Shown here: positions 20,247 to 28,462 of the stretch, piece by piece
Layout: every line of letters begins with the position of its first letter
Numbering within the stretch: position 1 is the stretch's first letter
Source of the DNA: an uncultured Solirubrobacterales bacterium
GTDB lineage: Bacteria > Actinomycetota > Thermoleophilia > Solirubrobacterales > 70-9
Direction of reading: 5' to 3'
Assembly: GCA_963745625.1 (NCBI GenBank)
Contig: CAVUXZ010000014.1
Coordinates: forward strand, 162,787-226,786
Length of the DNA stretch: 64,000 nucleotides
Notes under the pieces: generated by a model
What the model saw: the letters and a program-made list of their open reading frames with translations, nothing else
Databases searched by the model: none
Told to the model about the DNA's origin: nothing
Program-made: the position numbers and the translations under genes

Positions 20247-22175
20247 GTGGGCGGCGAGTCCCTCTCCATCGCTCAGGTGAGCCCTCATCCTTGGGGGGCG
20301 CGGCATGAGATCAACGAGTTCGTCAGGCGGACCTCCGAGGAGCTCGCTGCGCGAGGACATCGGGTGCTGATCGTGGCGCCGTCCGAGTCGCGGACCGCCA
20401 TCCGCGAGAGCCGGCGGCTGATCCGTGAGGCGGGGAAAGACCCCGGCGCGCTGCTCAGCGGGGAGAACCCGAGGGTGGTGGCGATCGGCCAGAGCATCCC
20501 GCTTCCGAGCGGCCCGCGCCGCCGGCCCGCGCCGCTGCCGCTCGACATCAGCGGGGCGCTCGAGCGCCTGCTGGGCGCCGTGCCGCTCGACCTGGTGCAC
20601 GTCCACGAGCCCTTCGCCCCCAGCACCGGATCCGCGGCGCTGCGGCATTCGCAATCGCTCAACGTGGCGAGCTTCCACGATCCAGTAGAGCGCGTCCTCT
20701 CCACGCAGGTGGCGCGGATGCTGGTGGAGGTGTTCTTCGGGCGCATCGACGAGCGGTTGGCCAGCAACGACGCGACCGGCGAGCTCCTGCAGCGCTTCTT
20801 CCCGGGCCGGTACCAGCTGGTCAGGCCGGGGGCCGACGCCGCCGAGCCGGCGCTCGGGCCGCCTCCGGCGGGGCGGGTGCGAATCACGTACTGCGCCGAG
20901 GAGGAGCGAGGCGCTCTGCGGCTGCTGCTGCGCGCCCTGCGCAAGCTCCCGGACGACCTCGACTGGGAGGGCGTGATCTGGTTCGACGGCCCGACGGATC
21001 CGCTCGTCCGTGTCAGCAGGCGACTGAGGGAGCGTCTCCGCCTCGTCAGGCCGGGGGACGGCGAGCCGGGCGAGTTCCTGGCCGGGGCGGACATCGCCGT
21101 TCTCGCATCCGGCGGCGTGCGCGTGGCGCCGGGCGTCGTCCGGAAGGCATTCGCCGCGGGCGCGGTGCCTGTCGTCTCGGATCTCGAGCTCTATCGCGAG
21201 CTGGTCGGCGAGGGCGAGCGCGGATTGCTCTTCCCATTCGGCGACGTGCTCACGCTCAGTGCCCAGCTGGAGAGGCTATGTCGCGACGCGGCCTTGCGCG
21301 AGCGTTTCCGTGCCACCGCCCGGGAGTCCGGCGAGGCCCGGCCCTGGGCCGAGGTGACCGACGATCTCGAGGCCGTCTACCGCCGGCTCACCGGGAGGCG
21401 CCAGGATCCGGACGGGAACGCGGCGATCCGTACCCGTCTGCGGTCTCGCGACCACATCCACTGTGACCTGCACATGCATACGGATCACTCGCCGGACTGC
21501 GCGACCCCCGCCCAGCTGCTGCTCGAGACCGCAAAGGAGCAGGGGCTCGGCGCGATCGCGATCACAGACCACAACGAGATCTCCGGCGCGCTGGAGGCCC
21601 GCGAGATCGCCGAGCGGATCGGCGGGATCAAGGTGATCCTGGCGGAGGAGGTGAAGACAGCGCACCAGGGGGAGGTGATCGGCCTGTTCCTGACCGAGCG
21701 GATCGAGCGCGGGATGTCGATGGCGGAGACGATCGCCGAGATCCGCCGGCAGGGAGGACTCGTCTACGTCCCGCATCCGTTCGACCGGCTGCACTCGGTG
21801 CCCGACTACGAGCACCTGCTCGAGATCGTCGACGAGATCGACATCCTCGAGGTCTTCAACCCGCGCGTCGCCTTCTCGGCCTTCAATGAGGAGGCGGTGC
21901 GCTTCGCCCGCAAGTACTCGATCGTCCCCGGCGCCGGCTCGGACAGCCATGTCGCCCAGGGACTCGGCAGCGTCAAGATCCGTCTACGGGATTTCGATGG
22001 CCCGCAGGAGTTCCTCGAGTCGATGCGGGACGCGGACATCGTCCGCAAGCACAAGAACCTCGTCTACGTCCAGGCGCTCAAGTTCCTCCAGACGAGCGGC
22101 GGGCGGGGTGGGCGGTCCCTGGCGGAACGTGACGGTCGTCGCAAGCCGCGCCGCCGTGCCGCGAGCAAGAGTTGA
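20247..22175 (+). CDS. fusion protein: PimA-like GT4 (GT-B) glycosyltransferase domain + C-terminal PHP-family phosphoesterase domain
   Basis: The N-terminal ~390 aa are colinear with PimA-type GT4 (LDLVHVHEPFAPS, ...VVSDLELYRELV...). The C-terminal ~240 aa carry PHP metal motifs HCDLHMHTDHS, ITDHNE, VPHPFD, GSDSH. Confidence 0.8.
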   Translation: MGGESLSIAQVSPHPWGARHEINEFVRRTSEELAARGHRVLIVAPSESRTAIRESRRLIREAGKDPGALLSGENPRVVAIGQSIPLPSGPRRRPAPLPLDISGALERLLGAVPLDLVHVHEPFAPSTGSAALRHSQSLNVASFHDPVERVLSTQVARMLVEVFFGRIDERLASNDATGELLQRFFPGRYQLVRPGADAAEPALGPPPAGRVRITYCAEEERGALRLLLRALRKLPDDLDWEGVIWFDGPTDPLVRVSRRLRERLRLVRPGDGEPGEFLAGADIAVLASGGVRVAPGVVRKAFAAGAVPVVSDLELYRELVGEGERGLLFPFGDVLTLSAQLERLCRDAALRERFRATARESGEARPWAEVTDDLEAVYRRLTGRRQDPDGNAAIRTRLRSRDHIHCDLHMHTDHSPDCATPAQLLLETAKEQGLGAIAITDHNEISGALEAREIAERIGGIKVILAEEVKTAHQGEVIGLFLTERIERGMSMAETIAEIRRQGGLVYVPHPFDRLHSVPDYEHLLEIVDEIDILEVFNPRVAFSAFNEEAVRFARKYSIVPGAGSDSHVAQGLGSVKIRLRDFDGPQEFLESMRDADIVRKHKNLVYVQALKFLQTSGGRGGRSLAERDGRRKPRRRAASKS

Positions 22176-22831
22176 TGCATGCCCAAGGGGCCGGGGCCGG
22201 GCCGAAGAAAAGGCAAGGGGCCGTGTCATCCATCACCGACGATGAGATCCGCGAGAAGTACCTGGAACGCGCGATCCGGGAGCTGAACGACCTGGGCAGG
22301 GATCTGGCCACCTGCGAGGACTGCCCCCGGGGCAACGTGATGCCGGTGCAGGGCTCCGGCCATCCCCAGGCCGACATCCTCATGCTGAAGCGCGCCGCGA
22401 CCCCCTCGGAGATCGAGGAGGGGGTTGCCTTCTACGGCCGGGCGGGCAACGCCCTGATGAAGAGCTTCAAGCGGCTCGCGATCGACCCGATCGTTGTGTT
22501 CGGAACGCTCTGCGTGAAGTGCCCGCTCACCGACCCGACCCATGCATCGGAGGCCTGCATCGCCAGAGTCGCCGAGGAGATCCCGATCGTTCAGCCGCGG
22601 ATCGTGGTGGTGATGGGAGCCGAGGCGCTCGAGGTGCTGAACGATCTCGAGCTGCCCCTCGCCGACCGGATTGAGTCGCTCGAGGGTGACGTGCAGCGCC
22701 TCACCCCGACGATCGACGCGCTCTATGTGCCGGACATCGACGAGTCTCTCGATACCGACGACTCCAAGCAGCGCTTCTGGTCGGCGTTCCGGGTGCTCGG
22801 CGAGTGGTACGACAAGCTGCCGCCGTATTAG
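22175..22831 (+). CDS. uracil-DNA glycosylase superfamily protein (family 4/5-like, non-canonical motif A)
   Basis: CEDCPRG...VQGSGHPQADILMLKRAATPSEIEEGVAFYGRAGNAL follows the UDG family-4 layout, but the GEGP position reads GSGH. The ATG overlaps the upstream stop (TGATG). Confidence 0.55.
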   Translation: MHAQGAGAGPKKRQGAVSSITDDEIREKYLERAIRELNDLGRDLATCEDCPRGNVMPVQGSGHPQADILMLKRAATPSEIEEGVAFYGRAGNALMKSFKRLAIDPIVVFGTLCVKCPLTDPTHASEACIARVAEEIPIVQPRIVVVMGAEALEVLNDLELPLADRIESLEGDVQRLTPTIDALYVPDIDESLDTDDSKQRFWSAFRVLGEWYDKLPPY

Positions 22832-22862
22832 ACGCGCTCGTTCGGGGAATAGACTCAGCCCC

Positions 22863-23048
22863 GTGGAGCTGGAGGAGCGAACGATCGAGCAGTTGCCGGA
22901 TCGCTGCCAGAACTGTGGCGCGAAGCTCACCGATGCCGAGAAGCAGACGGCTCTGACCGAGGGACCCCCCAGCGGGCTCGTGCTCTGCACGACCTGCGCG
23001 GCGGAGGTCGTTCCGGTCGAGGAGGCTGAAGAAGCAGACGGCGCCTAG
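22863..23048 (+). CDS. small zinc-ribbon protein (hypothetical)
   Basis: 61-aa GTG-initiated ORF with CQNCGAKL...CTTCAAEV (CxxC-x26-CxxC) and an acidic tail. The upstream part of the track ORF overlaps the UDG-like gene and is discounted. Confidence 0.35.
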   Translation: MELEERTIEQLPDRCQNCGAKLTDAEKQTALTEGPPSGLVLCTTCAAEVVPVEEAEEADGA

Positions 23049-23830
23049 ACGCCGGGTGCTGCGGCCTCGGCAAGCGCGCTCATGTCCTCGAGGGTGGCGC
23101 TGGCCAGAGCTCGGACGACGACGGTGTCAAGGGCGCGGTAGCGGGAGAGCTCCTGTTGCGCGACGCCGGCGTTCTCGGCGGCGATACCTACGGTTCCCTC
23201 CGGAGCGCCCTGCCGGTCGAAGTGGCTGCGATAGCCCTGGTGCATGTCGCGATAGGACGCCTCGTCCTTGGCCAGCCTGCCCTCTGCGTCGGGCCCATCG
23301 GCCGTCCGCACGTAGCCGAAGATGGGCGGGGTGTCCCGATCGGCTTCCCGGGCGCCCTCCTCGACTCGCTCCCGCGTCCGTGCCGCGAACTCGGGGGTCA
23401 TCCAGTTGAAGAAGACGCCGTCCCACTGGGCCCCGCCGAAGGCCGACATCTTCGGCCCCATCGCTGCCAGCACGAGCCGCACGCCGGGCAGTGCCTCGCG
23501 CAGGCCGGGGAGCGCCTCTCGCATCGTGGTCAGCGGTTTCTCGGTGAAGCCAGCGCCGAGGCCGAGCCAGAGGCGGCCGCGGTCGATGCCGAGGCGATCG
23601 ATATCGGACGCGATCTGATCCGGCGATTGGCGGTCGAGAGCGATCACGGCCACTCCGAGGTCGATGCGGTCGGCTCCCTTCGCGTACTCGGCGAGCGTCT
23701 CGAGGCCCCTCGCGCCGGGATGGTCATTCGACCACATTGAGCTGTAGCCGAGCTCCTGGCAGCGCGCCGCCAGGGGGCCGGCGATCTCGGGGTCAAGCCC
23801 GGCAGTGACTCCGAACCCTCGGCTGCTCAC
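23045..23830 (-). CDS. LLM-class (luciferase-like) F420/flavin-dependent oxidoreductase
   Basis: GYSSMWSNDHPG...IDLGVAVIAL...LWLGLGAGF pattern. The likely GTG start at 23830 forms a GTGA overlap with the upstream gene's stop. Confidence 0.7.
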   Translation of the reverse strand: MSSRGFGVTAGLDPEIAGPLAARCQELGYSSMWSNDHPGARGLETLAEYAKGADRIDLGVAVIALDRQSPDQIASDIDRLGIDRGRLWLGLGAGFTEKPLTTMREALPGLREALPGVRLVLAAMGPKMSAFGGAQWDGVFFNWMTPEFAARTRERVEEGAREADRDTPPIFGYVRTADGPDAEGRLAKDEASYRDMHQGYRSHFDRQGAPEGTVGIAAENAGVAQQELSRYRALDTVVVRALASATLEDMSALAEAAAPGV

Positions 23831-25167
23831 GCCTTCTCCAGCAACGCGACGCACTCGATGTGCGGAGTCTGGGGAAACATGTCGACCGGCTTCACGCGGC
23901 GCAGCCTATATCCGGCCTCTGTGAGCTGAGCTGCGTTGGGGGCGAGGGTGGTCGGGTTGCAGGAGACGTAGACGATCCGCGGGGCGTCGCACTCGATCAG
24001 GCGACGCACCACCTTCTTGGAGAGGCCCGCGCGGGGCGGATCGACGACCACGACGTCCGGGCTGCCGGCCTCGGCGAGCAGCGGCCGGATCTCCTTGCGC
24101 GCGTCTCCGGTGCGAAAGCGGGCGATCTTGATCCCATTGAGACGTGCGTTCTCCTCCGCGTCCACGATCGCCTCGGGAACCATCTCGATGCCCCAGATCT
24201 CACCGACTTGTCCCGCCAGAGCGAGGCCCAGGGTGCCGATCCCGCAGAAGAGGTCGAAGACCCGCTCGGAGCCCGTCAGCCCGGCCATCTCCCGGGCGAT
24301 TGCGTAGAGGCGGTCCGCCATCTCGGTGTTGGTCTGGAAGAAGGCGCGGTGGGAGACCCGGAAGCGCATGCCGCAGAGCTCCTCCTCGAGGTACTCGGCG
24401 CCGAGCGCACCGGTGGGGCCGTCGGTGCCGCTGCCAGGCCCTTCGACGATCGTGTGGAGGTCCACTGGAGGCCGGGGGATCTCGGCGGGAGACGTGACCA
24501 GGCGACTCTGCAGCTGGCCCGTGCGGCGGCCCTCGCGGATGACCAGGTTCCGGAGCACGCCCTCGCGGGTGCGCTTGTCGTAGGCGGGAAGCCCGGCGGA
24601 CCGGGCCCAGTCGCGAAGCTCGTTGCGGCGGGCGTTGTTGCGCTCCGAGGCGAGCTGACAGTCCTCGGCGTCGACGATCTCATTCCAGCGGCCGCGGGCG
24701 TGGAAGCCGAGGACGAGCTCGCCGTCGCGCTCGCCGAAGGAGTACTCGAGCTTGTTGCGGTAGCGCCAGCGCTCAACGGCGGGCTCGATCGGCTCCAGCT
24801 CGAAGCCCTCGAGGCCGCCCAGCCTGACCAGCGCCTCCCCCACCTGGGACTGTTTCTGGCGGAGCTGCTCCTCGTAGGCAAGGCCCTGCCAGGGGGCGCC
24901 AGGACAGGGCTCGCCGCCGTGGTCGCATCGCGGTGGCACGCGGTCGGCCGATGGGCGGACGATCTCCGTCGTCGAGGCCTCGGCATAGCCCCGCTTGGCC
25001 CGGGTGACCTCGGCGGTGACCCGGTCGCCGGGAAGCGCTCCCGCGACGAAGACGACGTAGCCGTTGAGCCGCGCCACGCCCTTGCCGCCGTACGCCAGCG
25101 ATTCGATGTCGAGGGTGAGCACTTCACCGCGGGCGGGGCGCTCCTGGGTTGCAGTCTCACCGGCCAT
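23827..25167 (-). CDS. TRAM-domain 23S rRNA (uracil-5)-methyltransferase, RumA/RlmD family
   Basis: Start MAGETATQERPARGEVLTLDIESLAYGGKGVARL (TRAM), a Cys cluster, SAM motif DLFCGIGTLGL and a catalytic YVSCNP. Confidence 0.85.
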   Translation of the reverse strand: MAGETATQERPARGEVLTLDIESLAYGGKGVARLNGYVVFVAGALPGDRVTAEVTRAKRGYAEASTTEIVRPSADRVPPRCDHGGEPCPGAPWQGLAYEEQLRQKQSQVGEALVRLGGLEGFELEPIEPAVERWRYRNKLEYSFGERDGELVLGFHARGRWNEIVDAEDCQLASERNNARRNELRDWARSAGLPAYDKRTREGVLRNLVIREGRRTGQLQSRLVTSPAEIPRPPVDLHTIVEGPGSGTDGPTGALGAEYLEEELCGMRFRVSHRAFFQTNTEMADRLYAIAREMAGLTGSERVFDLFCGIGTLGLALAGQVGEIWGIEMVPEAIVDAEENARLNGIKIARFRTGDARKEIRPLLAEAGSPDVVVVDPPRAGLSKKVVRRLIECDAPRIVYVSCNPTTLAPNAAQLTEAGYRLRRVKPVDMFPQTPHIECVALLEKA

Positions 25168-25190
25168 GCGGCCTATCGTTGCAGCCGCGC

Positions 25191-26708
25191 GTGGCCTGGG
25201 ATCTCGACGAATACCGGCGGGAGGCGGAGGTCTTCCTCGAGGAGATCGGCCGCGAGTACTACCTGCAGGGAGCCGGCCACAAGCCCGATCTCGCCGTCGA
25301 GCCGATCTACGAGAGGCACGCCGGGCTCTTCGAGCGGGAGGCGGTCGACCGGGTCGGCGAGGCGCGCCGTAGATGCGAGGGCGTGCCCCAGCGCGATCCG
25401 TCTGACGGCAATGACGAGGAGACACGGCTTCGCTACCTGCACCAGTTCGCCCTCGACGGGCATCTCGGTGCGATCACTCGCGACCTCGAGGCCCGTACGG
25501 CGGATCTCGAGGCGTCCCTCGAGGTCGAGGTGGAAGGGGAGACCATCCCCTATCGAATGGCCCCGGTGGTTCAGGCGAACGAGCCCGATGCAGACCGCCG
25601 CGCCCAGATCGAGGAGATGCGGAACGCGGTGCTGGTCGATCAGCTCAATCCGCTGCATCTGGAGGGGCTCGAGAGATCGCATGCCGCCTGTGCGGAGCTC
25701 GGCTGGCCGTCGTACCTCGACGCATACTCGGACGTGCGCGCCCTCGATCTCAGAGAGCTGGCCGGGAGACTCGACCGGTTCGCTTCGGTGACGGAGGACG
25801 GCTACGCGCGCACGGTCGATCCTGAGTTGGAGCGAACGGTGGGACGGCGCCTGGGCGAGTTGAGGCGGCCTGACCTGGTCCGCTTCTTTCGGGCCTCCCA
25901 CCTCGATTCGCTCTTCCCAGCCGAGCGGATGGTCCCGGCGCTACGGGGCACACTGGCGGGGCTCGGGATCGACATGGATGCCCAGTCGAACGTCAAGCTG
26001 GACACCGAGATGCGACCGACGAAGAGCCCGCGCGCCTTCTGCTCGACGCCGCGGGTGCCGGAGGAGGTCTACCTCGTGCTGCCGCCGATCGGCGGGCGGG
26101 AGGACTACGCGGCGCTCTTCCACGAGGCCGGTCATGCGGAGCACTACGGATGCACCGATGCGGAGCTCGCGTTCGAGTACCGGCATCTCGGCGACAACGC
26201 TGTCACCGAGTCGTTCGCCTTCCTGTTCGAGGGTCTGACGGCGAGCGGGGAATGGCTCGCCGGCACGATCGGGATCGATGAGGTGGAGGCCGCGATCGAG
26301 CACGCTCTGGCGGCGCGGCTGGTGATGCTGCGCCGCTACTCGGCGAAGATCGCCTACGAGGTCGAGCTGCACTCACCGGGAACCGATCTGGCCGCGATGC
26401 CGGAGCGCTATTCGGCCCTGCTCGGCGAGCGGATCGGGGTGCCGTGGCCGCGCGAGACCTGGCTCTCGGACGTCGATTCGAGCTTCTACGTTGCCTGCTA
26501 TCTGCGGGCATGGGCTCTGGAGGTGAATTGGCGCGCCACGCTGACGGAGCGCTTTGGGGAGGCGTGGTTCGAGGATCGCGAGGCGGGGGATTGGCTGCGG
26601 GGTCTCTGGTCGCAGGGCCAGCGGCTCGAGGCGGAGCCGCTGCTCGCCGAGGCGACTGCCGAATCGCTTGATTTCGACCGGCTCGCCTCGGAGCTGGTCG
26701 GCGTATAG
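25191..26708 (+). CDS. HExxH zinc metallopeptidase, M3/oligoendopeptidase-F-like
   Basis: ALFHEAGHAEHY motif in a ~500-aa helical protein. The start is uncertain: GTG 25191 was chosen to avoid overlap with the divergent rumA-like start. Confidence 0.55.
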   Translation: MAWDLDEYRREAEVFLEEIGREYYLQGAGHKPDLAVEPIYERHAGLFEREAVDRVGEARRRCEGVPQRDPSDGNDEETRLRYLHQFALDGHLGAITRDLEARTADLEASLEVEVEGETIPYRMAPVVQANEPDADRRAQIEEMRNAVLVDQLNPLHLEGLERSHAACAELGWPSYLDAYSDVRALDLRELAGRLDRFASVTEDGYARTVDPELERTVGRRLGELRRPDLVRFFRASHLDSLFPAERMVPALRGTLAGLGIDMDAQSNVKLDTEMRPTKSPRAFCSTPRVPEEVYLVLPPIGGREDYAALFHEAGHAEHYGCTDAELAFEYRHLGDNAVTESFAFLFEGLTASGEWLAGTIGIDEVEAAIEHALAARLVMLRRYSAKIAYEVELHSPGTDLAAMPERYSALLGERIGVPWPRETWLSDVDSSFYVACYLRAWALEVNWRATLTERFGEAWFEDREAGDWLRGLWSQGQRLEAEPLLAEATAESLDFDRLASELVGV

Positions 26709-26753
26709 GCTTGCGCGGAATTTGCGGGAAAACCCCCGAGCAGGAGGTCCAAG

Positions 26754-27068
26754 ATGGAATCAAGCGAAAGTAGTGGCGTCAGGGACCAGGTCCAGAAGGC
26801 GATCGACGATCTGCGCGCAGCCGGCGAGAAGGCGACCGGGGACGTGCGGTCCAGGATCGACTCCGCTGTGGCGCAGCTGCGCGACGTCTCCGGCGACGCC
26901 AGCTCGAAGGCACAGGACCAGATCTCAGGGTGGCGCGACACACTCGACAAGGCGACCGAGGACGTCCGGAAGGAGCTCGCCAAGCTCGCGGTTCGGGCGC
27001 AGACGTCGCCGGAGGCGCTCGATGAGATCGCCAAGGAGGTCGACGAGCGGCGCACGGCGCTGAAGTAG
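26754..27068 (+). CDS. small hydrophilic helical-repeat protein (hypothetical, apolipoprotein/LEA-like)
   Basis: AGGAGG RBS and good GC3 codon pattern. Repeated D/E-K/R heptad-like segments (DDLRAAGEKATGDVRSRIDSAVAQLRDVSGD...). Confidence 0.55.
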   Translation: MESSESSGVRDQVQKAIDDLRAAGEKATGDVRSRIDSAVAQLRDVSGDASSKAQDQISGWRDTLDKATEDVRKELAKLAVRAQTSPEALDEIAKEVDERRTALK

Positions 27069-27074
27069 TCGCTT

Positions 27075-27614
27075 CTACGTCTGAAGCTTGCGGTCTAGAG
27101 CGCGGAGGACACCCTTGCGGGCTTTGTTCTTGCGCTCATAGTCGCGGACCTTGCGGAGTTCCCGCGGGCTGAGGTCCTGGAGGCGCCGGTTGATCTGACG
27201 GACCGAGAGCTGGTCATAGGCGGTGATCGGGAAGCCCGGGACGCGGGCCGCCCGGCGCACCCGGTCGGCGCTCGCGAGCGGCCGCTCGACGGCGGCGACG
27301 GTTCGCTTGCGCGCCTTCTTCGCTCGCCCTGAGACCTCCTGCCGGGCCCGGTCGGGGGCCTCGCGCACTTGTGAGAGGACGCGCTCGAGCTGGGCGAGCA
27401 GGTCCTCGGCCTGCTCGCGTCCGCGCGTGGCCAGGCGACTGACCATCTCCTCGGCGTCGCCGCGGGTCATCCGGCCGCGTTTCACGGCGTCGTCCAAGAC
27501 CTCCTGGAGGCGATCGCGCGAGATCGTGATGGTCTTATCCAGCGCGTCGCGGAACGCCTGCACGCTCTGCTCGGCGCGGGTGTTCTCCTCCTTGCCCTTG
27601 GGAGAGCTGGCCAT
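27075..27614 (-). CDS. phasin-like (COG3937-type) protein with a basic C-terminal SAP/Rho_N-like tail
   Basis: Internal ATG at 27614. FRDALDKTITISRDRLQEVLDDAVKRGRMTRGDAEEMVSRL resembles PHA-granule regulator phasins. C-terminal ITAYDQLSVRQINRRLQDLSPRELRKVRDYE. Confidence 0.5.
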   Translation of the reverse strand: MASSPKGKEENTRAEQSVQAFRDALDKTITISRDRLQEVLDDAVKRGRMTRGDAEEMVSRLATRGREQAEDLLAQLERVLSQVREAPDRARQEVSGRAKKARKRTVAAVERPLASADRVRRAARVPGFPITAYDQLSVRQINRRLQDLSPRELRKVRDYERKNKARKGVLRALDRKLQT

Positions 27615-27622
27615 CGTCCGCA

Positions 27623-28441
27623 CTATCCCACAGTCGCGAACTTTCCAACCACGGGGTTGTGGTCGGCCAGGCGGATCTTGAGGCCCGTGTCGGGGTCGAC
27701 GACGTCGCGCGCATCGGGTGGCCAGGCGGCGGGATGCTCGACCACCTCGAGCCCGCGCACAAGCAGGTGGCTGAGGCGGTCGGGGGCGGTACAAGGCGCG
27801 AGACCGAAGCGCTCCTCGAGCTGATCGAAGACCTTGCTCGCCTTTGGCCTGACGTTGAAGTCGCCACCGAAGATCAGCGGGTCAGAGCCGGCGAACTCCG
27901 TTGCGTGGCGGGCGGCATCGAGCAACTCGCGCTCCGCGGAGGAGGGTTTGGTGCTGACGTGGAGGTTGGCGACGCAGGGGCCCGCACCGAGCCGGGTGAG
28001 GGCCATCACGCGGAGCTCGGGTCTCCGGGTGAGGACCACGCGTCGGCGCTCGGCGATGCCACCCGCTGCGGGGCGGATCAGGGTCGTGTCCGATCCGCCC
28101 TCCCAGGCGCCGATCAGGTCCGGTCGCCAGCGGCCGATGATCGAGGTGAGGGGCTGCAGCCAGTTCCGCCCGCTGAAGGCGCGGTGCGCCTCGGCGCCGC
28201 AGGCGCGGCCGAGCTTGGCCTTCCAGCTGGGTGGAAATTCCTGGAAAAGGGCGACGTCCCAGTCGGTACCGGAGATCAGTGAGGCGAACTGGTCGAACAG
28301 GTCCCAGTTCGTCTGCTCGTAGGCCTTGCCGCGTCGGGGCCCGCGACGGAAGCTGCCCTTGTGCGCGCGCACCTGGAGCTCCGGCTCGGGCGGCCAGTCC
28401 CTGCCGTGGAACAAGTTCCATGTCAATGCGGTGAGCTGCAC
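27623..28441 (-). CDS. endonuclease/exonuclease/phosphatase (EEP) family protein
   Basis: LTALTWNLFHG, ALFQE, GGDFN and a C-terminal LADHNPV. Start is GTG 28441 or ATG 28483. The rest of the 568-aa track ORF is antisense to argF. Confidence 0.7.
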   Translation of the reverse strand: MQLTALTWNLFHGRDWPPEPELQVRAHKGSFRRGPRRGKAYEQTNWDLFDQFASLISGTDWDVALFQEFPPSWKAKLGRACGAEAHRAFSGRNWLQPLTSIIGRWRPDLIGAWEGGSDTTLIRPAAGGIAERRRVVLTRRPELRVMALTRLGAGPCVANLHVSTKPSSAERELLDAARHATEFAGSDPLIFGGDFNVRPKASKVFDQLEERFGLAPCTAPDRLSHLLVRGLEVVEHPAAWPPDARDVVDPDTGLKIRLADHNPVVGKFATVG

Positions 28442-28462
28442 GGCCCTAGTATCGGCGGCTCG

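Noticed and set aside
23860-25791. 643-aa plus-strand ORF
   Set aside because: Antisense to the rumA-like gene, then out of frame with the peptidase gene. Arg/Pro/Gly-rich junk.
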